From Eledone cirrhosa (taxonomy: Eukaryota), in contig OZ024743.1 of NCBI GenBank assembly GCA_964016885.1, positions 206,584,001 through 206,648,000 on the forward strand: a stretch of DNA of 64,000 nucleotides, read 5' to 3'. This document shows positions 1-12,689 of the stretch, piece by piece. Each line of letters starts with the position of its first letter. The first letter of the stretch is position 1. The notes beneath the pieces were generated by a model. It was not told the DNA's origin. It was given only the letters and a program-made list of their open reading frames with translations, and did no database searches. The position numbers were made by a program, and so were the translations under genes.

Positions 1-3000
1 TATTGTAAGACCACTGTATGAACACCACAATCACAACTACAGTAAGACCACAGTATCAACACGTTAGTCACAACAACTGTAAGACCACTGTATGAAAACA
101 ATAGTCATAACTACCGTAAGACCACTGTATCAACACCATAGTCATAACTAATGTAAGACCACTGTATCAACACCATATTCACAACTACTGTAAGACCACT
201 GTATCAACACCATAGTCATAACGACCGTAAGACCACTGTATCAACACCATAGTCAAAAGACCACTGTATCAACACCATCGTCACAACTACTGTAAGACCA
301 CTGTATCAACACCACAGTCACAACTACAGTAAGACCACTGTATCAACACCAGTCACAACTACTCTAAGACCACTGTATCAACACCACAGCCACAACTACT
401 GTAAGACCACTGTATCAACACAATAATCACAACTATTGTAAGACCACGGTATCAACACCGTAGTCACAACTACTGTAAGACCACTGTATCAACACCACAG
501 TCACAACGTCTGTAAGACCACTGAATAAACACCATAGTCACAACTACTGTAAGACCACTGTATCAACACCACAGTCACAGCTAGTCTAAGACCACTGTAT
601 CAACACCACAGTCACAACTACTGTAAGCCCACTTATAGTCTAAGACCACTGTATCAACACCACAGTCACAACTACTGTAAGCCCACTTATAGTCATAACT
701 ACTGTAAGACCACTGTATCAACACCATAGTCATAACTACTGTAAGATCACTGTATCAACACCATAGTCACAACTACTGTAAGACTACTGTGTCAGCACCA
801 CAGTCACAACTACTGTAAGACCACTGTATCAACACCATAGTCACAACTACAGTAAGACCACTGTATCAACACGATAGTCATAACTATTGTAAGACCACTG
901 TATGAACACCACAATCACAACTACAGTAAGACCACAGTATCAACACCATAGTCACAACTACTGTATGACCACTGTATGAAAACAATAGTCATAACTACCG
1001 TAAGACCACTGTATCAACACCATAGTCATAACTAATGTAAGACCACTGTATCAACACCATATTCACAACTACTGTAAGACCACTGTATCAACACCATAGT
1101 CATAACTACCGTAAGACCACCTTATCAACACCATAGTCATAAGACCACTGTATCAACACCATAGTGACAACTACTGTAAGACCACTGTATCAACACCATA
1201 GTCATAACTACTGTAAGACCACTCTATGAACACCACAGTCACAACTACAGTAAGACCACTTTATCAACACCATAGTCACAACTACTGTAAGACTACTGTA
1301 AGACCACTGTATCAACACCATAGTCATAAGTCCACTGTATCAACACCATAGTCACAATTACTGTAAGACTACTGTATCAACATCACAGTCACAACTACTG
1401 TAAGATCACTGTAACAACACCACAGCTACAACTACTGTAAGACCACTGTATCAACACCACAGCCACAACTACTGTAAGACCATTGATTCAACACCGTAGT
1501 CACAACTACTGTAAGACCACTGTATCAACACCACAGTCACAACGTCTGTAAGACCACTGTATCAACACAAAATTCACAACTACTGTAAGCCTACTGTATC
1601 AACACCATAGTCACAACTACTGTAAGACCACTGTATAAACACCATATTCATAACTACTGTAAGACCACTGTATAAAATCCATAGTCACAACTACTGTAAG
1701 ACCACTGTATCAACAATACAGTCACAACTACTCTAAGACCACTGTATCAACACCACAGTCACAACTACTGTAAGACCACTGTATCAACACCATAGTCATA
1801 ACTACCGTAATACCACTGTATCAACACCATAGTCATAAGACCACTGTATGAACACCATAGTTACAACTACTGTAACACCATTGTATCAACACCATAGTCA
1901 TAACTACTGTAAGACCACTGTATCAACACCATAGTCATAAGACCACTGTATCAACAACATAGACACAACTACTGTAAGACCACTGTATCAACACCATAGT
2001 CAAAACTACTATAGTACCACTGTATCAACACCATAGTCACAACTACTGTAGTACCACTGTATCAACACCATAGTCACAACTACTGTAAGACCACTGTATC
2101 AACACCACGGTCACAACTACTGTAAGATCACTGTGTCAACACCATAGTCATAACGACCGTAAGACCACTGTATCAACACCATAGTCAAAAGACCACTGTA
2201 TCAACACCATCGTCACAACTACTGTAAGACCACTGTATCAACACCACAGTCACAACTACAGTAAGACCACTGTATCAACACCAGTCACAACTACTCTAAG
2301 ACCACTGTATCAACACCACAGCCACAACTACTGTTAGACCACTGTATCAACACAATAATCACAACTATTGTAAGACCACGGTATCAACACCGTAGTCACA
2401 ACTACTGTAAGACCACTGTATCAACACCACAGTCACAACGTCTGTTAGACCACTGAATAAACACCATAGTCACAACTACTGTAAGACCACTGTATCAACA
2501 CCACAGTCACAGCTAGTCTAAGACCACTGTATCAACACCACAGTCACAACTACTGTAAGCCCACTTATAGTCTAAGACCACTGTATCAACACCACAGTCA
2601 CAACTACTGTAAGCCCACTTATAGTCATAACTACTGTAAGACCACTGTATCAACACCATAGTCATAACTACTGTAAGATCACTGTATCAACACCATAGTC
2701 ACAACTACTGTAAGACTACTGTGTCAGCACCACAGTCACAACTACTGTAAGACCACTGTATCAACACCATAGTCACAACTACAGTAAGACCACTGTATCA
2801 ACACGATAGTCATAACTATTGTAAGACCACTGTATGAACACCACAATCACAACTACAGTAAGACCACAGTATCAACACCATAGTCACAACTACTGTAAGA
2901 CCACTGTATGAAAACAATAGTCATAACTACCGTAAGACCACTGTATCAACACCATAGTCATAACTAATGTAAGACCACTGTATCAACACCATATTCACAA

Positions 3001-6000
3001 CTACTGTAAGACCACTGTATCAACACCATAGTCATAAGACCACTGTATCAACAACATAGACACAACTACTGTAAGACCACTGTATCAACACCATAGTCAA
3101 AACTACTATAGTACCACTGTATCAACACCATAGTCACAACTACTGTAGTACCACTGTATCAACACCATAGTCACAACTACTGTAAGCCCACTTATAGTCA
3201 TAACTACTGTAAGACCACTGTATCAACAACATAGACACAACTACTGTAAGACCACTGTATCAACACCATAGTCAAAACTACTATAGTACCACTGTATCAA
3301 CACCATAGTCACAACTACTGTAGTACCACTGTATCAACACTATAGTCACAACTACTGTAAGACCACTGTATCAACACCACGGTCACAACTACTGTAAGAT
3401 CACTGTGTCAACACCATAGTCATAACGACCGTAAGACCACTGTATCAACACCATAGTCAAAAGACCACTGTATCAACACCATCGTCACAACTACTGTAAG
3501 ACCACTGTATCAACACCACAGTCACAACTACAGTAAGACCACTGTATCAACACCAGTCACAACTACTCTAAGACCACTGTATCAACACCACAGCCACAGC
3601 TACTGTAAGACCACTGTATCAACACAATAATCACAACTATTGTAAGACCACGGTATCAACACCGTAGTCACAACTACTGTAAGACCACTGTATCAACACC
3701 ACAGTCACAACGTCTGTAAGACCACTGAATAAACACCATAGTCACAACTACTGTAAGACCACTGTATCAACACCACAGTCACAACTACTGTAAGCCCACT
3801 TATAGTAATAACTACTGTAAGACCACTGTATCAACACCATAGTCATAAATACTGTAAGATCAATGTATCAACACCATAGTCACAACTACTGTAAGACTAC
3901 TGTGTCAGCACCACAGTCACAACTACTGTAAGACCACTGTATCAACACCATAGTCATAACTACCGTAAAACCACTGTTTCAACACCATAGTCACAACTAC
4001 AGTAAGACCACTGTATCAACACGATAGTCATAACTATTGTAAGACCACTGTATGAACACCACAATCACAACTACAGTAAGACCACAGTATCAACACCATA
4101 GTCACAACTACTGTAAGACAACTGTATGAAAACAATAGTCATAACTACCGTAAGACCACTGTATCAACACCATAGTCATAACTAATGTAAGACCACTGTA
4201 TCAACACCATATTCACAACTACTGTAAGACCACTGTATCAACACCATAGTCATAACTACCGTAAGACCACCTTATCAACACCATAGTCATAAGACCACTG
4301 TATCAACACCATAGTGACAACTACTGTAAGACCACTGTATCAACACCATAGTCATAACTACTGTAAGACCACTCTATGAACACCACAGTCACAACTACAG
4401 TAAGACCACTTTATCAACACCATAGTCACAACTACTGTAAGACCACTGTATCAACACCATAGTCACAACTACTGTAAGACTACTGTAAGACCACTGTATC
4501 AACACCATAGTCATAAATCCACTGTATCAACACCATAGTCACAATTACTGTAAGACAACTGTATCTACACCATAGTCACAACTACTGTAAGAACACTGTA
4601 TCAACACCACAGCTACAACTACTGTAAGACCACTGTATCAACACCACAGCCACAACTACTGTAAGACCATTGATTCAACACCGTAGTCACAACTACTGTA
4701 AGACTACTGTATCAACATCACAGTCACAACTACTGTAAGATCACTGTAACAACACCACAGCTACAACTACTGTAAGACCACTGTATCAACACCACAGCCA
4801 CAACTACTGTAAGACCATTGATTCAACACTGTAGTCACAACTACTGTAAGACCACTGTATCAACACCACAGTCACAACGTCTGTAAGACCACTGTATCAA
4901 CACAAAATTCACAACTACTGTAAGCCTACTGTATCAACACCATAGTCACAACTACTGTAAGACCACTGTATAAACACCATAGTCATAACTACTGTAAGAC
5001 CACTGTATAAAATCCATAGTCACAACTACTGTAAGACCACTGTATCAACAATACAGTCACAACTACTCTAAGACCACTGTATCAACACCACAGTCACAAC
5101 TACTGTAAGACCACTGTATCAACACCATAGTCATAACTACCGTAATACCACTGTATCAACACCATAGTCATAAGACCACTGTATGAACACCATAGTTACA
5201 ACTACTGTAACACCATTGTATCAACACCATAGTCATAACTACTGTAAGACCACTGTATCAACACCATAGTCATAAGACCACTGTATCAACACCATAGTCA
5301 CAACTACTGTAATACCACTGTATCAACACCATAGTCACAACTACTGTAAGACCACTGTATCAACACCATAGTCATAAGACCACTGTATCAACAACATAGA
5401 CACAACTACTGTAAGACCACTGTATCAACACCATAGTCAAAACTACTATAGTACCACTGTATCAACACCATAGTCACAACTACTGTAGTACCACTGTATC
5501 AACACCATAGTCACAACTACTGTAAGACCACTGTATCAACACCACGGTCACAACTACTGTAAGATCACTGTGTCAACACCATAGTCATAACGACCGTAAG
5601 ACCACTGTATCAACACCATAGTCAAAAGACCACTGTATCAACACCATCGTCACAACTACTGTAAGACCACTGTATCAACACCACAGTCACAACTACAGTA
5701 AGACCACTGTATCAACACCAGTCACAACTACTCTAAGACCACTGTATCAACACCACAGCCACAACTACTGTTAGACCACTGTATCAACACAATAATCACA
5801 ACTGTTGTAAGACCACGGTATCAACACCGTAGTCACAACTACTGTAAGACCACTGTATCAACACCACAGTCACAACGTCTGTTAGACCACTGAATAAACA
5901 CCATAGTCACAACTACTGTAAGACCACTGTATCAACACCACAGTCACAGCTAGTCTAAGACCACTGTATCAACACCACAGTCACAACTACTGTAAGCCCA

Positions 6001-9000
6001 CTTATAGTCTAAGACCACTGTATCAACACCACAGTCACAACTACTGTAAGCCCACTTATAGTCATAACTACTGTAAGACCACTGTATCAACACCATAGTC
6101 ATAACTACTGTAAGATCACTGTATCAACACCATAGTCACAACTACTGTAAGACTACTGTGTCAGCACCACAGTCACAACTACTGTAAGACCACTGTATCA
6201 ACACCATAGTCACAACTACAGTAAGACCACTGTATCAACACGATAGTCATAACTATTGTAAGACCACTGTATGAACACCACAATCACAACTACAGTAAGA
6301 CCACAGTATCAACACCATAGTCACAACTACTGTAAGACCACTGTATGAAAACAATAGTCATAACTACCGTAAGACCACTGTATCAACACCATAGTCATAA
6401 CTAATGTAAGACCACTGTATCAACACCATATTCACAACTACTGTAAGACCACTGTATCAACACCATAGTCATAACTACCGTAAGACCACCTTATCAACAC
6501 CATAGTCATAAGACCACTGTATCAACACCATAGTGACAACTACTGTAAGACCACTGTATCAACACCATAGTCATAACTACTGTAAGACCACTCTATGAAC
6601 ACCACAGTCACAACTACAGTAAGACCACTTTATCAACACCATAGTCACAACTACTGTAAGACCACTGTATCAACACCATAGTCACAACTACTGTAAGACT
6701 ACTGTAAGACCACTGTATCAACACCATAATTATAAGTCCACTGTATCAACACCATAGTCACAATTAATGTAAGACAACTGTATCTACACCATAGTCACAA
6801 CTACTGTAAGAACACTGTATCAACACCACAGCTACAACTACTGTAAGACCACTGTATCAACACCACAGCCACAACTACTGTAAGACCATTGATTCAACAC
6901 CGTAGTCACAACTACTGTAAGACTACTGTATCAACATCACAGTCACAACTACTGTAAGATCACTGTAACAACACCACAGCTACAACTACTGTAAGACCAC
7001 TGTATCAACACCACAGCCACAACTACTGTAAGACCATTGATTCAACACCGTAGTCACAACTACTGTAAGACCACTGTATCAACACCACAGTCACAACGTC
7101 TGTAAGACCACTGTATCAACACAAAATTCACAACTACTGTAAGCCTACTGTATCAACGCCATAGTCACAACTACTGTAAGACCACTGTATAAACACCATA
7201 GTCATAACTACTGTAAGACCGCCGTATAAAATCCATAGTCACAACTACTGTAAGACCACTGTATCAACAATACAGTCACAACTACTCTAAGACCACTGTA
7301 TCAACACCACAGTCACAACTACTGTAAGAACACTGTATCAACACCATAGTCATAACTACCGTAATACCACTGTATCAACACCATAGTCATAAGACCACTG
7401 TATGAACACCATAATTACAACTACTGTAACACCATTGTATCAACACCATAGTCATAACTACTGTAAGACCACTGTATCAACACCATAGTCATAAGACCAC
7501 TGTATCAACACCACAGTCACAACGTCTGTAAGACCACTGTATCAACACAAAATTCACAACTACTGTAAGCCTACTGTATCAACACCATAGTCACAACTAC
7601 TGTAAGACCACTGTATAAACACCATAGTCATAACTACTGTAAGACCACTGTATAAAATCCATAGTCACAACTACTGTAAGACCACTGTATCAACAATACA
7701 GTCACAACTACTCTAAGACCACTGTATCAACACCACAGTCACAACTACTGTAAGACCACTGTATCAACACCATAGTCATAAGACCACTGTATCAACAACA
7801 TAGACACAACTACTATAGTACCACTGTATCAACACCATAGTCACAACTACTGTAGTACCACTGTATCAACACCATAGTCACAACTACTGTAAGACCACTG
7901 TATCAACACCACGGTCACAACTACTGTAAGATCACTGTGTCAACACCATAGTCATAACGACCGTAAGACCACTGTATCAACACCATAGTCAAAAGACCAC
8001 TGTATCAACACCATCGTCACAACTACTGTAAGACCACTGTATCAACACCACAGTCACAACTACAGTAAGACCACTGTATCAACACCAGTCACAACTACTC
8101 TAAGACCACTGTATCAACACCACAGCCACAACTACTGTAAGACCACTGTATCAACACAATAATCACAACTATTGTAAGACCACGGTATCAACACCGTAGT
8201 CACAACTACTGTAAGACCACTGTATCAACACCACAGTCACAACGTCTGTAAGACCACTGAATAAACACCATAGTCACAACTACTGTAAGACCACTGTATC
8301 AACACCACAGTCACAGCTAGTCTAAGACCACTGTATCAACACCACAGTCACAACTACTGTAAGCCCACTTATAGTCATAACTACTGTAAGACCACTGTAT
8401 CAACACCATAGTCATAACTACTGTAAGATCACTGTATCAACACCATAGTCACAACTACTGTAAGACTACTGTGTCAGCACCACAGTCACAACTACTGTAA
8501 GACCACTGTATCAACACCATAGTCACAACTACAGTAAGACCACTGTATCAACACGATAGTCATAACTATTGTAAGACCACTGTATGAACACCACAATCAC
8601 AACTACAGTAAGACCACAGTATCAACACCATAGTCACAACAACTGTAAGACCACTGTATGAAAACAATAGTCATAACTACCGTAAGACCACTGTATCAAC
8701 ACCATAGTCATAACTAATGTAAGACCACTGTATCAACACCATATTCACAACTACTGTAAGACCACTGTATCAACACCATAGTCATAACGACCGTAAGACC
8801 ACTGTATCAACACCATAGTCAAAAGACCACTGTATCAACACCACCGTCACAACTACTGTAAGACCACTGTATCAACACCACAGTCACAACTACAGTAAGA
8901 CCACTGTATCAACACCAGTCACAACTACTCTAAGACCACTGTATCAACACCACAGCCACAACTACTGTAAGACCACTGTATCAACATAATAATCACAACT

Positions 9001-11830
9001 ATTGTAAGACCACGGTATCAACACCGTAGTCACAACTACTGTAAGACCACTGTATCAACACCACAGTCACAACGTCTGTAAGACCACTGAATAAACACCA
9101 TAGTCACAACTACTGTAAGACCACTGTATCAACACCACAGTCACAGCTAGTCTAAGACCACTGTATCAACACCACAGTCACAACTACTGTAAGCCCACTT
9201 ATAGTCTAAGACCACTGTATCAACACCACAGTCACAACTACTGTAAGCCCACTTATAGTCATAACTACTGTAAGATCACTGTATCAACACCATAGTCACA
9301 ACTACTGTAAGACTACTGTGTCAGCACCACAGTCACAACTACTGTAAGACCACTGTATCAACACCATAGTCACAACTACAGTAAGACCACTGTATCAACA
9401 CGATAGTCATAACAATTGTAAGACCACTGTATGAACACCACAATCACAACTACAGTAAGACCACAGTATCAACACCATAGTCACAACTACTGTATGACCA
9501 CTGTATGAAAACAATAGTCATAACTACCGTAAGACCACTGTATCAACACCATAGTCATAACTAATGTAAGACCACTGTATCAACACCATATTCACAACTA
9601 CTGTAAGACCACTGTATCAACACCATAGTCATAACTACCGTAAGACCACCTTATCAACACCATAGTCATAAGACCACTGTATCAACACCATAGTGACAAC
9701 TACTGTAAGACCACTGTATCAACACCATAGTCATAACTACTGTAAGACCACTCTATGAACACCACAGTCACAACTACAGTAAGACCACTTTATCAACACC
9801 ATAGTCACAACTACTGTAAGACCACTGTATCAACACCATAGTCACAACTACTGTAAGACTACTGTAAGACCACTGTATCAACACCATAGTCATAAGTCCA
9901 CTGTATCAACACCATAGTCACAATTACTGTAAGACAACTGTATCTACACCATAGTCACAACTACTGTAAGAACACTGTATCAACACCACAGCTACAACTA
10001 CTGTAAGACCACTGTATCAACACCACAGCCACAACTACTGTAAGACCATTGATTCAACACCGTAGTCACAACTACTGTAAGACTACTGTATCAACATCAC
10101 AGTCACAACTACTGTAAGATCACTGTAACAACACCACAGCTACAACTACTGTAAGACCACTGTATCAACACCACAGCCACAACTACTGTAAGACCATTGA
10201 TTCAACACCGTAGTCACAACTACTGTAAGACCACTGTATCAACACCACAGTCACAACGTCTGTAAGACCACTGTATCAACACAAAATTCACAACTACTGT
10301 AAGCCTACTGTATCAACACCATAGTCACAACTACTGTAAGACCACTGTATAAACACCATAGTCATAACTACTGTAAGACCACTGTATAAAATCCATAGTC
10401 ACAACTACTGTAAGACCACTGTATCAACAATACAGTCACAACTACTCTAAGACCACTGTATCAACACCACAGTCACAACTACTGTAAGACCACTTTATCA
10501 ACACCATAGTCATAACTACCGTAATACCACTGTATCAACACCATAGTCATAAGACCACTGTATGAACACCATAGTTACAACTACTGTAACACCATTGTAT
10601 CAACACCATAGTCATAACTACTGTAAGACCACTGTATCAACACCATAGTCATAAGACCACTGTATCAACAACATAGATACAACTACTGTAAGACCACTGT
10701 ATCAACACCATAGTCAAAACTACTATAGTACCACTGTATCAACACCATAGTCACAACTACTGTAGTACCACTGTATCAACACCATAGTCACAACTACTGT
10801 AAGACCACTGTATCAACACCACAGTCACAACTACTGTAAGATCACTGTGTCAACACCATAGTCATAACGACCGTAAGACCACTGTATCAACACCACAGTC
10901 ACAACTACAGTAAGACCACTGTATCAACACCAGTCACAACTACTCTAAGACCACTGTATCAACACCACAGCCACAACTACTGTTAGACCACTGTATCAAC
11001 ACAATAATCACAACTATTGTAAGACCACGGTATCAACACCGTAGTCACAACTACTGTAAGACCACTGTATCAACACCACAGTCACAACGTCTGTTAGACC
11101 ACTGAATAAACACCATAGTCACAACTACTGTAAGACCACTGTATCAACACCACAGTTACAGCTAGTCTAAGACCACTGTATCAACACCACAGTCACAACT
11201 ACTGTAAGCCCACTTATAGTCTAAGACCACTGTATCAACACCACAGTCACAACTACTGTAAGCCCACTTATAGTCATAACTACTGTAAGACCACTGTATC
11301 AACACCATAGTCATAGCTACTGTAAGATCACTGTATCAACACCATAGTCACAACTACTGTAAGACTACTGTGTCAGCACCACAGTCACAACTACTGTAAG
11401 ACCACTGTATCAACACCATAGTCACAACTACAGTAAGACCACTGTATCAACACGATAGTCATAACTATTGTAAGACCACTGTATGAACACCACAATCACA
11501 ACTACAGTAAGACCACAGTATCAACACCATAGTCACAACTACTGTAAGACCACTGTATGAAAACAATAGTCATAACTACCGTAAGACCACTGTATCAACA
11601 CCATAGTCATAACTAATGTAAGACCACTGTATCAACACCATATTCACAACTACTGTAAGACCACTGTATCAACACCATAGTCATAAGACCACTGTATCAA
11701 CAACATAGACACAACTACTGTAAGACCACTGTATCAACACCATAGTCAAAACTACTATAGTACCACTGTATCAACACCATAGTCACAACTACTGTAGTAC
11801 CACTGTATCAACACCATAGTCACAACTACT
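1..11830. repeat. Internal ~8.57-kb-offset duplication in A1 (1-~3170 resembles ~8567-11830)
   Basis: Rare variants CAACAACTGT at 71/8637 (offset 8,566) and TGTATGACC at 962/9491 (offset 8,529 = 8,566-37). Ends are approximate. Confidence 0.75.
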
Positions 11831-12589
11831 GTAAGACCACTGTATCAACACCACGGTCACAACTACTGTAAGATCACTGTGTCAACACCATAGTCATAAC
11901 GACCGTAAGACCACTGTATCAACACCATAGTCACAACTACTGTAAGACCACTGTATCAACACCACAGTCACAACTACAGTAAGACCACTGTATCAACACC
12001 AGTCACAACTACTCTAAGACCACTGTATCAACACCACAGCCACAACTACTGTGAGACCACTGCATCAACACAATAATCACAACTATTGTAAGACCACGGT
12101 ATCAACACCGTAGTCACAACTACTGTAAGACCACTGTATCAACACCACAGTCACAACGTCTGTAAGACCACTGAATAAACACCATAGTCACAACTACTGT
12201 AAGACCACTGTATCAACACGACAGTCACAACTAGTCTAAGATCACTGTATCAACACCATAGTCACAACTACTGTAAGACTACTGTGTCAGCACCACAGTC
12301 ACAACTACTGTAAGACCACTGTATCAACACCATAGTCACAACTACAGTAACACCACTGTATCAACACGATAGTCATAACTATTGTAAGACCACTGTATCA
12401 ACACCAAAGTCATAAGACCACAGTATCAACACCATAGTCACAACTACTGTAAGACCACTGTATGAAAACAATAGTCATAACTACCGTAAGACCACTGTAT
12501 CAACACCATAGTCATAACTAATGTAAGACCACTGTAACAACACCATAATCACAACTACTGTAAGACCACTGTATCAACACCATAGTCAC

Positions 12590-12607
12590 GATATTTGAAA
12601 TATTTCG
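12590..12607. other. 18-bp SatB junction fragment embedded in SatA (junction stutter, copy 1)
   Basis: GATATTTGAAATATTTCG flanked by ATAGTCAC on both sides. It is identical to the true junction 100 bp downstream (12690). Confidence 0.95.
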
Positions 12608-12689
12608 ATAGTCACAATAACTGTAAGAACACTGTATCAACACCACAGTCATAACTACTGTAAGACCACTGTATCAACACCATAGTCAC

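Larger units (their letters stand above)
1..12689. repeat. SatA tandem array, block A1 (37-bp monomer, open at window start)
   Basis: GTAAGACC recurs every 37 bp (e.g. positions 5, 42). Consensus GTAAGACCACTGTATCAACACCATAGTCACAACTACT (14A/11C/4G/8T). Recurrent 28-bp, 27-bp and 48-bp length variants and point variants occur in a repeating order. Confidence 0.98.

Noticed and set aside
12582-12615. Transposon footprint with an 8-bp target-site duplication (ATAGTCAC)
   Set aside because: The flanks are ordinary SatA sequence and the 18-bp insert is a copy of the neighbouring junction. There are no element ends or transposase.
1-12689. CRISPR array (37 bp is a typical repeat length)
   Set aside because: Monomers abut with no unique spacers, variation is only point changes and indels, and there is no leader or cas gene.
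1-12689. Thr/Val-rich mucin-like ORF in SatA
   Set aside because: 37 is not a multiple of 3, so frames cycle and hit TAA/TAG on + and TAG/TGA on - within about two to three monomers.
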